The translations under genes were made by a program, and so were the position numbers. Below the pieces are notes generated by a model that had not been told where the DNA came from, did no database searches, and saw nothing but the letters and a program-made list of their open reading frames with translations. Source: an uncultured Microthrixaceae bacterium (GTDB lineage: Bacteria; Actinomycetota; Acidimicrobiia; Acidimicrobiales; DATDAH01). Taken from it: a stretch of 64,000 nucleotides of DNA. This document shows, one piece after another, positions 11,876 to 20,276 of the stretch; position 1 is the stretch's first letter, and the number at the start of each line of letters is the position of its first letter. The stretch lies in contig CAVSIG010000005.1 in the NCBI GenBank assembly GCA_963728005.1, positions 57,716 through 121,715 on the forward strand, given 5' to 3'.

Positions 11876-11940
11876 AGCCGACTGGGGCAGGCGACGGCTA
11901 CCTCCAACAAGGACTCGACGCGATCGAGGGGAGGTGTGCG

Positions 11941-13215
11941 GTGCCTGCGTGTGTGGATGAGCTCGTTGTCTCAGCCGAATTGACCAGCAAGGTCTCCTGG
12001 GGTGACGAGCCGCCCGCAGTCGTGGGCGAGTCGATCGAGGCCCTCGGTCGTGTGCAGTGCCAGCTCGACCTTGGGTTGTTGATGGCGGTCCGGTCCTTTG
12101 ACTGCCGGGGTGAGCACCGGGCCGAGGGGCACAGCTCGGTCGTGGCCTGGTTGCGGCACCACCTGCGGCTCAGGAAGCGCACCGCGCAGCGCATCGCCCG
12201 CCTGTCCCGATTCGTGTTCCAGCACCCCGCCATCGAGGAGGGGATGCGCCAGGGTGTGTTGACCTTCGACCATGTCGAGGCGATCGCCGATGCGTACAAG
12301 GACCGGTACGCGCAGGCGTGGGAGGCGGCGTTGCCCCACATCATCGACTACGCGGCCGAGGCCCGCTTCGAGGACGTGGCCCGCCACCTGCTGGCCTTCG
12401 CGGACGGCCTGTTGCCCCAGGACGCCGAGGATCGATTCGACGAACAGCTCGGGTCCCGGTCGTTCACCAAGGCCAAGACCCTCGATGGGTACGGGTTCCT
12501 GCGGGGCTGGATGGACCCGCTCAGCTACGACGAGTTCGCCGCCGAGCACGACCGCCGCATCACCGAGCTGTTCGAGGCCGACTGGTCTGCGGCCAAGGAG
12601 ATCCTGGGCCGAGACCCCGAACCACTCGAGCTCGTCGAACTCACCCGCAGCGCCCAGCAACGCGCCCACGACGCGCTGGTGGAGATGGCCCGCCGCTCCA
12701 AGACCCTGGCTGGCGGCGCCGTCGCGGCTGGGCCTGAGGTCGTGTTCCACACCACCTGGGACACCTACCAGGCCGCGCTCCACCACCTCGCCACCGGCGA
12801 ACCCCTGGTCATCCCCGACGGTGGGTTCTGCCAGACCGACGACGGCACCCCCATCACCCCCGCCGCCGCCGTGTACGCCTCACTGGTCGGCAAGGTCCGC
12901 CGCATCGTCTTCGGCGCCCACGACGAGATCCTCTCCTACGGCCGGGCCCGACGCGCCTTCACCCCCACCCAAGCCAGCGCCGCACGAGCCAAGCTCGGCC
13001 GCTGCGCCCATCCCTACGGCTGCGACCGCACCGGCCCCCTGCTGCAGACCGACCACGTCACCGAACACCAAGACGGCGGCCCCACCGACATCACCAACGC
13101 CGAACCACGCTGCGGCCCCCACAACCGATGGAAGACCAACACCCGCGGCCAACCACCCCCCAGCGACACCTGGACCGACACCAACCAGCGCCGAGGCCCA
13201 CCACCCTGGGCGTGA
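11941..13215 (+). CDS. DUF222 / HNH endonuclease domain protein (13E12-like family)
   Basis: AWLRHHL, LTFDHV, QQRAHDALVEM, LSYGRARR, and a C-terminal HNH motif CAHPYGC...DHV..H..GGPTDITN...C..HNRWK. Confidence 0.88.
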   Translation: MPACVDELVVSAELTSKVSWGDEPPAVVGESIEALGRVQCQLDLGLLMAVRSFDCRGEHRAEGHSSVVAWLRHHLRLRKRTAQRIARLSRFVFQHPAIEEGMRQGVLTFDHVEAIADAYKDRYAQAWEAALPHIIDYAAEARFEDVARHLLAFADGLLPQDAEDRFDEQLGSRSFTKAKTLDGYGFLRGWMDPLSYDEFAAEHDRRITELFEADWSAAKEILGRDPEPLELVELTRSAQQRAHDALVEMARRSKTLAGGAVAAGPEVVFHTTWDTYQAALHHLATGEPLVIPDGGFCQTDDGTPITPAAAVYASLVGKVRRIVFGAHDEILSYGRARRAFTPTQASAARAKLGRCAHPYGCDRTGPLLQTDHVTEHQDGGPTDITNAEPRCGPHNRWKTNTRGQPPPSDTWTDTNQRRGPPPWA

Positions 13216-13251
13216 GACGGTCTCGCGCGGATCAGGGTGAAACCGAGAAAG

Positions 13252-13324
13252 TGGTCGGGACCGGCGTCGATCCGGTGACCTCGCGCTTTTCAGGCGCGCG
13301 CTCTGCCAACTGAGCTACCCGACC
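13252..13324 (-). tRNA. tRNA-Phe(GAA), CCA not encoded
   Basis: GGTCGGGTAGCTCAGTTGGCAGAGCGCGCGCCTGAAAAGCGCGAGGTCACCGGATCGACGCCGGTCCCGACCA folds as a cloverleaf with anticodon GAA. Confidence 0.95.
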
Positions 13325-13370
13325 TTGTTGTTGCGCCCGAAAGCGCAGCGTGCCGCCACAACGGGCGGAG

Positions 13371-13445
13371 CGGTCCCGACGGGATTTGAACCCGCGACCT
13401 CCGGCTTGACAGGCCGGCGTGCACTCCAAACTGCACCACGGGACC
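13371..13445 (-). tRNA. tRNA-Asp(GTC), CCA not encoded
   Basis: GGTCCCGTGGTGCAGTTTGGAGTGCACGCCGGCCTGTCAAGCCGGAGGTCGCGGGTTCAAATCCCGTCGGGACCG cloverleaf. Confidence 0.96.
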
Positions 13446-13485
13446 CTTCCACCCGACGAGCGGGCGTCGTGGCAGGGTAGCCGTC

Positions 13486-13891
13486 GTGGACGACATCTTC
13501 GCCATCCAGATCCTGAAGGCGCAGTACTTCCGCGCCATCGACACGAAGGACTGGGACCTGCTCGCTTCGGTCATGACCGAGGACGTCGCCATCGACGTCA
13601 CCGACGACGTGGAGGGCGGTTCGCCCTACGTCGGACGGGACCAGTTCGTGGGCACCTGCGCCAAGGTCCTGCGGGATGCGGTGACCGTCCACCACGGCCA
13701 CATGCCCGAGATCGCGCTCGTCGGCACGGACGAGGCGACCGGGATCTGGGCCATGGAGGACTACGTGGACTGGGGTGAGCGGCGGGGCCTTTCGGGGCTA
13801 CGGCCACTACCACGAGCGCTACGTGAAGCAGGACGGTGAATGGCGCATCGCCGACCTCACCCTGACCCGCATCCGGCGGGACTGGTCGTGA
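13486..13891 (+). CDS. NTF2-like / SnoaL-like protein (frameshift near 13785)
   Basis: LKAQYFRAIDTKDW, TVHHGHMPEI, ATGIWAMEDY, then GYGHYHERYVKQDGEWRI in a second frame. Confidence 0.85.
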
Positions 13892-13898
13892 ACCCGGA

Positions 13899-14306
13899 CT
13901 ACTCGGCGGGTTCGAGGATGACGACCGGGATCTCCCGATCGGTGCCCGCCTCGTAGTCGGCGAAGCCGGGGTAGCGCTCCTTCTGCGTCTCCCAGATGCG
14001 GGTCCGCTCGTCCCCGTCGGCGACCCGGGCCCGGACGTCCCGGGTCTCGGTGCCCACCTCGACCCGGGCCTCGGGGTTGGCCCGGAGGTTGTGGAACCAG
14101 TCGGGGTTGGTCGGGGCGCCTGCCTTGGAGGCGAACACGGCCAGGTCGTCACCGACCTGTTGGTACATGACCGGGTTGACCCGCTCCTGCCCGGTCCTGG
14201 CACCGGTCGTGTGGAGGAGCAGCAGCGGCGCGCCCTCGAAGGCGCCGCCGACCTTGCCGCGGTTGGCCCGGAACTCCTCGATGGTCTTCACGTTCCAGTC
14301 ACTCAT
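13899..14306 (-). CDS. Deazaflavin (F420)-dependent nitroreductase family oxidoreductase
   Basis: IEEFRANRGKVGG, LLLHTTGARTG, ASKAG...PDWFHNL.ANP, REIPVVIL. Confidence 0.92.
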   Translation of the reverse strand: MSDWNVKTIEEFRANRGKVGGAFEGAPLLLLHTTGARTGQERVNPVMYQQVGDDLAVFASKAGAPTNPDWFHNLRANPEARVEVGTETRDVRARVADGDERTRIWETQKERYPGFADYEAGTDREIPVVILEPAE

Positions 14307-14315
14307 GCCTGCTCC

Positions 14316-15710
14316 CTACCCTCGGCTGCAGTCCTCCATGGAGTCCAGGATCGCCGTGATGTCGTCGACGGTGGTCTTCGGGTTCACGATGCAGAGGCGC
14401 ATGATCGTCTCGCCGGCGTGCTTCGACGGGAGGCAGAAGGCGAACCCGGTCTCCAGGGCCCTGTCGGACCACGCGTCGTAGTCCTCTGCGGTCCATCCGA
14501 CCCGCCGGAAGACGAGGATCGACAGCTCGGGCTCGGTGACCAGCTCGAAGCCGTCGCGCTCGCGGATCACGTCGGCGCCGCGGTGGGCCACGTCGAGGGT
14601 GGTCTCGATGGCGATGCGGTACGCCTCGGTGCCGTGGACGGCGACGGAGAACCAGAACGGCAGGCCCGCGGGCCCGGCGGCTGAGGTGGACGGCGTAGTC
14701 CGACGGGTTCCAGTCGTCGAGGTCGGTGATGGCGTCCAGGTACGAGCGCGTGTTGGGTGTGGGCGGCCCGGGCGGGCGTCGGGGTCCCGGTAGACCAGGG
14801 CGCAGCAGTCGAAGGTCGAGAACAGCCACTTGTGGGGGTCGACGATGAACGAGTCCGCCCGCTCGACGCCGGCGAAGAGGTGCCGGTACGCAGGGGCACA
14901 CAGGGCGGCGCCGCCGTAGGCGCCGTCGACGTGGAACCACAGGCCCGCCTCGTTGGCCACCTTCCCGACGCCCTCGAGGTCGTCGACGATCCCCAGGTTG
15001 GTGACCCCGGCGGTGGCGGCCACGGCGAAGTAGCCGTCGTCGGGCTGGAGCTCGAGCACCTTGGCCAGCTCCTTGCCCGTCAGCCGGCCCCGCTCGTCGA
15101 CGGGAACCCGCACGATGTCGATGTCCATCACCCGGGCGGAGTGGTCGATGGAGCTGTGGGCGCCGGCGCTGGCCAGGACCTTCCAGCGGGCGGGTCGCTC
15201 GCGACCTTGGGCGGCCTGGTGCCGGGCGGTGACGAGGGCGCTGAGGTTGCCCGCCGTGCCGCCCGAGACGAAGACGCCGCCGGCCGACTCGGGAAGGCCG
15301 GCGAGATCAGCGACCCAGCGCAGGGCCTCGTTCTCGGCGTGGACCGCCCCCGAGGCCTCCATCCACGAGCCGCCGTACATGGACGAGGCACCGACGATCA
15401 GGTCGAAGAGGGCGGCGGACTCGGTGGGAGCGGCGGGAACGAACGACAGGTAGCGGGGGTGGTCGACCGAGATCGTCGACGGAGCGATGTGTTCGACGAA
15501 GCGGCGGAACGCCTCGTGGCCCCCCAGGCCTTCGGGGGTGATGGTCGTCCCGACCAGCTTCCGGAGCTCGTCGGGGGTCTTCGGCGCGTCGAGCGGAGGC
15601 GGATCCATGCGCACGCGCTCGAGGGCGTAGGCGACGACCTCTTCGGCCAGGTCGTCGGTGGACTCGTCGTAGATGTGCAAGGTCCGCCATTCTGGCCGCG
15701 GACCCGCCAT
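14316..15710 (-). CDS. Group II PLP-dependent decarboxylase (frameshifts about 14680-14770)
   Basis: HPRYLSFV, GVFVSGGT.GNL, AHSSI, WFHVDGAYGG and DPHKWL (PLP lysine). Confidence 0.9.
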   Translation of the reverse strand: MAGPRPEWRTLHIYDESTDDLAEEVVAYALERVRMDPPPLDAPKTPDELRKLVGTTITPEGLGGHEAFRRFVEHIAPSTISVDHPRYLSFVPAAPTESAALFDLIVGASSMYGGSWMEASGAVHAENEALRWVADLAGLPESAGGVFVSGGTAGNLSALVTARHQAAQGRERPARWKVLASAGAHSSIDHSARVMDIDIVRVPVDERGRLTGKELAKVLELQPDDGYFAVAATAGVTNLGIVDDLEGVGKVANEAGLWFHVDGAYGGAALCAPAYRHLFAGVERADSFIVDPHKWLFSTFDCCALVYRDPDARPGRPHPTRARTWTPSPTSTTGTRRTTPSTSAAGPAGLPFWFSVAVHGTEAYRIAIETTLDVAHRGADVIRERDGFELVTEPELSILVFRRVGWTAEDYDAWSDRALETGFAFCLPSKHAGETIMRLCIVNPKTTVDDITAILDSMEDCSRG

Positions 15711-15721
15711 CGCGACGAAGG

Positions 15722-17128
15722 TCACTCTCCGAAAGCGTCCTCGGCCACGGTGTAGAGGTCCCGGTCGTCGCCCGCGGGCGCCGTCGCCCCGCGCACCATC
15801 GCCGCACAGGCCCGACCCCAGCGGGTCCAACCCTCGGCGTCCGGCCCCAGGCCCGTCGGGTCGAGGCGATGGCGGACGACGCAGCCGTCCATGGCCGCGC
15901 CCATGGCCAGCACCACCTGCTCGGCGACGAGCGGCGGCCGGAGGTGGCGGTCGAACTGGTCGAGCAGGCCCTCGAGCACCTGGGTCCACGGCCCCTGGAG
16001 CGCCCTGGTCTCGTCGCCGAGGCGGGCGTCGATGTACGGGTCGCCGAGGGCGGCGAAGCCCAGCTGCACCGTGTTGGCCGGGTGCTCGGCCGCCTCGGAC
16101 CAGTACCAGGAGGTGGCCCGGCGAGCGCCCTCGTCGATGTCCATGGCGCTCAACGTCGTGTCGGCCTGGGCCTCGACGTCCTCGGGGTCCAGATATCGGT
16201 CGGCGTCGAACAGCGTGTCGACCAGGTCGTCGCGGTAGTCGTCCTGCGTCTCCCAGTAGTGGTAGAAGGCGCCGACCGTCACCCCGACCCGAGCCACCAC
16301 GTCGTCGGCCCGGATGTGGTCGAGGGCGTTGCCGGTGGGCTGGGCCAGAGCGGCGGCCACACCCAGATCCAGCAGCCGCCGGCGCTTGGGCGTCACCTCC
16401 GCCCGTGGGTCGGAGGCCTCGGCCGCCTCACGTGACAGCGCCCCGCCGACCTCGCCCGGCTCGGTGGCGCCCAGCAGCATGACGACGGCGAGCAGGCCAC
16501 CCAGCGGCCAGGTGCGGCCCGACGGGTCGACGACCTCCGTCAGGCGGGTGGCGTCCATGAGCTCCTGGGTGCGCAGGCCGTCGCTCAGCAGCACCAAGGT
16601 CGTCGCCAGCGTGGGCAGGTCCCAGCCCGGCCCGGGGGCGCGCCCACATGCGGTCAGGAACCGGGCGAGGCCGGCGGTCCACGCCGCGTCGGTGCGCCGG
16701 GCGCGTCGGAGGAGGCCGGCGATGGCGCGAGGGTCGTCGTGGGCCCAGAGGGCCAGCTCCAGGCGGTGCTCACGGGAGCCGGCGGAGGCCGTCGCCGCCC
16801 GGGTCGTGGCCTGCCGCAGTCCCTCGAGCCCGTCGACCGCCCCCGTGAGCAGGTCCGTGTCGACCCGATCGCCGGCGAGCAGGACGTCGAGCAGGTCGGC
16901 CCGGTAGGCCTCCTGGCCATCCGGCCAGTGGTGGTAGAAGGCACCCGAGGTGACGCCGGCCTGCCGGGCCAGGTCGCTGATGCGGAGGTGGCCGAGGGTC
17001 TCGCCCATGGCCCGCTCGTGGACGAGGTCCACGCCCGCGGCGAGCAGCTGCGCCTTGGCCACGTCGGGTGGACGGCGCACCCGCCGCCGTTCGGCCCGGC
17101 GGCGACGCTGCGGTGGCGCTGCGGCCAT
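15722..17128 (-). CDS. Transcriptional regulator with two tandem TetR-like modules
   Basis: Two HTH segments, LRISDLARQAGVTSGAFYHHW and IRADDVVARVGVTVGAFYHYW, each followed by a similar helical domain. Confidence 0.7.
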   Translation of the reverse strand: MAAAPPQRRRRAERRRVRRPPDVAKAQLLAAGVDLVHERAMGETLGHLRISDLARQAGVTSGAFYHHWPDGQEAYRADLLDVLLAGDRVDTDLLTGAVDGLEGLRQATTRAATASAGSREHRLELALWAHDDPRAIAGLLRRARRTDAAWTAGLARFLTACGRAPGPGWDLPTLATTLVLLSDGLRTQELMDATRLTEVVDPSGRTWPLGGLLAVVMLLGATEPGEVGGALSREAAEASDPRAEVTPKRRRLLDLGVAAALAQPTGNALDHIRADDVVARVGVTVGAFYHYWETQDDYRDDLVDTLFDADRYLDPEDVEAQADTTLSAMDIDEGARRATSWYWSEAAEHPANTVQLGFAALGDPYIDARLGDETRALQGPWTQVLEGLLDQFDRHLRPPLVAEQVVLAMGAAMDGCVVRHRLDPTGLGPDAEGWTRWGRACAAMVRGATAPAGDDRDLYTVAEDAFGE

Positions 17129-17251
17129 CTGGTGACGCTACCCAATACCTACGAGGTACTAGGTACCGGCTGCTGCCGGTCTGGCTCGGGTGGGCCGCCG
17201 CTACGCTCCGCAAGCCCTTCGGGCACCCAGTGAGCAAGAGGAGAATGGTGC

Positions 17252-18586
17252 GTGCGTAAGTTCTTGGCGTTGTTGGCGGTTGTGCTGCTGTGTTCGGTGG
17301 CCGTCGCCTGTGGTGACGACAGCGGGGAGGACGCCGGGGGCTCTGCGTCCGCCAACGCCGACGACGACTCGGACGGCGATGTCGCCGAGACCGATGAGGA
17401 CGGTGGGTTCGACATCGACGTCGACGAGGACGAGGAGGAGGACCTCGACAACGAGGACGTGATCGAGAACGTCCAGGAGTTCTGGGAGGACGAGGCCGAG
17501 AACATCGGTCACGAGTACGAGGAGATCCCCGACGACCGCATCTCGCCCGTGCCGAGCGATGACCCGGTGCCGGAGTGCGGCGGGTTCGAGATCCAGCCGG
17601 AGGACGTCGAGGCGAACGCCTTCGCCGCCCCCTGCCCCGAGGGCCTGACCGTCGCCTGGGACCCGGAGCTCATCGACGAGACGCTGACCGACCAGTTCGG
17701 TGAGGCCGGTCCCGCCGTTGTGTTCGCCCACGAGTGGGGCCACATCATCCAGTACCAGAGCGAGATCATCGACCCCACCGGCCAGGGCATCGGCAACCCG
17801 CCGAGCGTGCTGGTCGAGAACCAGGCCGACTGCTTCGCCGGCGCGTGGGTCGCCCAGCAGGTCGACGACGAGTACGGGCCCTTCGCCGACCCGGGGGCGC
17901 TGGACAACTCGATCGGCGCCCTCCTCTACGTCCGCGACCAGCCGGGCAGCGACCCGAACGCGGCGCTGGCCCACGGCTCCGGGTTCGACCGGGTCCGGGC
18001 CTTCCAGGACGGCGTCGACCGCGGCGCCGAGTACTGCAGCACCTATGTCGAGGACCCGCCGTTCATCGACGAGCTGCCCTTCGAGGGCGAGGACGCCGTG
18101 AACCAGGGCAACCTCCCCTTCGACGAGGTCTCGGAGCTGGTCATCCAGGACCTGGACGACTACTTCGGGAACAACGTCGACGACTTCGACGAGCCCGGCG
18201 ACCCGTTCGACTACGTCCCCCAGGACGACCTCGAGGACCTGCACGAGGAGATCGGTGACGGGGCCGTCGCCACGGTGTTCGGGATGATCTGGGCCCAGCG
18301 GGCCCAGGAGGCCGCCGGCGACGACACCGACGGGGAGGGGCCGCTGCTGCAGCGGGCCTGCCTGGTCGGTTCGTGGCTCGGTGACATCCTCCGGGACCAG
18401 CGCGACGGCGAGGTCGAGCGGGAGAGCGGCGTCCAGCTCTCGCCCGGTGACCTCGACGAGACGATCATCACGTTCATCACGCTGACCGAGGACGCCATGA
18501 GCGGCGGCGGCGTCGCCTTCGAGGCCATCTTCGACATGCGCCAGGGCGTGTTCGGCGGGATCGAGGACTGTCGCCTGGGCGAGTGA
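17252..18586 (+). CDS. Acidic lipoprotein, neutral zinc metallopeptidase (YpfJ/LpqM-like)
   Basis: Lipobox AVAC, AHEWGHIIQ (HExxH), ENQADCFAG, AHGSGFDRV; degenerate second repeat ending LSPGDLDE. Confidence 0.85.
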   Translation: MRKFLALLAVVLLCSVAVACGDDSGEDAGGSASANADDDSDGDVAETDEDGGFDIDVDEDEEEDLDNEDVIENVQEFWEDEAENIGHEYEEIPDDRISPVPSDDPVPECGGFEIQPEDVEANAFAAPCPEGLTVAWDPELIDETLTDQFGEAGPAVVFAHEWGHIIQYQSEIIDPTGQGIGNPPSVLVENQADCFAGAWVAQQVDDEYGPFADPGALDNSIGALLYVRDQPGSDPNAALAHGSGFDRVRAFQDGVDRGAEYCSTYVEDPPFIDELPFEGEDAVNQGNLPFDEVSELVIQDLDDYFGNNVDDFDEPGDPFDYVPQDDLEDLHEEIGDGAVATVFGMIWAQRAQEAAGDDTDGEGPLLQRACLVGSWLGDILRDQRDGEVERESGVQLSPGDLDETIITFITLTEDAMSGGGVAFEAIFDMRQGVFGGIEDCRLGE

Positions 18587-18595
18587 GCCCCGTCG

Positions 18596-19072
18596 TCAGC
18601 TGAGCTCGAGCTCCCGGTCCGGCGTCCGGGCGAAGTGGCTGACCGGAACCGCACCGGTGTCGTCGCGGTGGACGATCACGTAGCCGGAGCGCAGGTAGAG
18701 GCTGATCGCCGGCGTGTTGCCGGTCGAGGTCATGACCTCGATGCGCCGGGCGTCGGCCTCCCGGTCGTGCAGAGCACGCAGGAGCGAGGCGCCGATGCCC
18801 CGCCGGAAGTGGTCCGGGTGGACGGCCAAGCGGTCCACGTCGACCAGGTCGCCGTGACGCAGGTAGCCGAGCACGCCCACCAGCGTCTCGTCGACGCTGG
18901 CGCCCAGCATCACGCCGTCGAGGGCGGCCACGTCGTCGGCGTCCTGCGTCAGGCCGGGCATGCCGTCGTAGCCGGTGAGCTGGGCCTCGACCCGGTAGCC
19001 GGCTTGCTGTACCTCGACGATCCGCTCGGCCACCGGCTGGGCGCGGTGGTCGAGGACCACGATGTCGATCAC
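18596..19072 (-). CDS. GNAT family N-acetyltransferase
   Basis: RLAVHPDHFRRGIG and NTPAISLYLRSGY; GTG start overlapping the upstream stop. Confidence 0.85.
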   Translation of the reverse strand: MIDIVVLDHRAQPVAERIVEVQQAGYRVEAQLTGYDGMPGLTQDADDVAALDGVMLGASVDETLVGVLGYLRHGDLVDVDRLAVHPDHFRRGIGASLLRALHDREADARRIEVMTSTGNTPAISLYLRSGYVIVHRDDTGAVPVSHFARTPDRELELS

Positions 19073-19878
19073 TCGGTGAGCCACCTCGCCGTCTCGATGT
19101 GTGTCGGGATCGCCCCGTCGTCGTCGAACGCCCACGCCATGGTGTGGGCGAACGCCCAGCCCCGGACCCGCTCCCGATCGAGCCCGAGCTCGTCGCTGCA
19201 CCGGTCCAGCCGGTGGCGTACCTGCTCGCGGCTGTGGCCCAGCTCCTTCGAGCGGATGACCGGCGTCGGGGCGAAGGCCATCTCGCCCACCAGCGGCTTC
19301 GGGTCGATCGTCAGCCATGGCTCCCGCTCCGCGGCCAGGACGTTGTCCCCGTGCAGGTCCTGGTTGACGAGGACGGCCGGGCCCTGGCTCGGCCCCAGCT
19401 CCTCCAGCACCCCGACCGCGCGGTCGACCAGCTCGCGTTCGAACGGTCGGCCAGCGGTCTCCCACATACGGGGGAGTGTGCCTGCCCAACGCGGGGCTTC
19501 ATCAGCCAGCCGCGCGAACGGCTCGCCGGCCGGCACCGAGAGCCTTTGCACGATCTGCATGATTGCAGTCAGTGCCACATCCGGCGGGGACGCTGCCAGC
19601 GGGGTGCCCGGCACGCACCGCTCCAGGAGCAGCGCGTGACGCTCCCGATCGTGGTCCAGGAGCCGGACCGCACCGTTCCCGTCCCACACCCGGAGCGCGT
19701 CCGCCTCGTGCTCTGCCTCGCGGTGCGGGAACTGCACCTTCAGCACGACAGGCATCCCGTCCGCCTGGGTCGCCGGCGCCACCCACCCCCCGACGCCGCC
19801 CTCGTACGGCGAGCCGAGCTCGAGACCCCAGCGCTGCGCGCACTCGTCCACGAGCTTCGGCAGCCCGGGCCATTCCAC
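19069..19878 (-). CDS. Aminoglycoside/hydroxyurea resistance kinase family (APH(6)-like), N-terminus possibly truncated
   Basis: VVLK, EADALRVWDGNGAVRLL, LLLER, NQDLHGDNVL, WLTIDPKP. Confidence 0.8.
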   Translation of the reverse strand: MEWPGLPKLVDECAQRWGLELGSPYEGGVGGWVAPATQADGMPVVLKVQFPHREAEHEADALRVWDGNGAVRLLDHDRERHALLLERCVPGTPLAASPPDVALTAIMQIVQRLSVPAGEPFARLADEAPRWAGTLPRMWETAGRPFERELVDRAVGVLEELGPSQGPAVLVNQDLHGDNVLAAEREPWLTIDPKPLVGEMAFAPTPVIRSKELGHSREQVRHRLDRCSDELGLDRERVRGWAFAHTMAWAFDDDGAIPTHIETARWLTE

Positions 19879-19942
19879 ACACCGTGGCTAGCAGCCGCCT
19901 TCGCGCCCCCTCAACGGGATTCGCCCGGTGGCGCTCGGTGAG

Positions 19943-20191
19943 CTACTCGTCGTCGTCGCTCTGGCGGGCGGACTTTCTCCGCTCGAGTCGCCAGTGGATC
20001 TCGTGGGTGGTCGGGTGCCGCCACTCGCGCATGCGGTACTCGAACCCCGGCAACAGCACGATCGGGATCGGATCGGGGGACGCCGGGGCGACCGCTCCGA
20101 CCACGATCTTCGCGTCCGTGGGGATGAACGGGGACTGCGCGGGGACGGGTCCGGTGATGATCTCGACCGGGTCTCCATAGGGGCGCGGCAT
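19943..20191 (-). CDS. Small hypothetical protein (82 aa)
   Basis: ATG at 20191 preceded by a -10-like TAGCTT (leaderless spacing); protein-like composition MPRPYGDPVEIITGP...EYRMREWRHP..EIHWRLERRK. Confidence 0.5.
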   Translation of the reverse strand: MPRPYGDPVEIITGPVPAQSPFIPTDAKIVVGAVAPASPDPIPIVLLPGFEYRMREWRHPTTHEIHWRLERRKSARQSDDDE

Positions 20192-20240
20192 GAAGCTCGA
20201 AGCTAGCAGGCGGGATCCAGTGGGCGCTGATAGAGATCCG

Positions 20241-20269
20241 TTGGATTCCAAATAGAAATCCGATAGAGT
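20241..20269 (+). promoter_or_regulatory. SigmaA-like promoter embedded in an 11-bp repeat array
   Basis: TTGGAT-N17-TAGAGT, with no convincing ORF downstream until 20499. Confidence 0.55.
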
Positions 20270-20276
20270 TCCCAGC

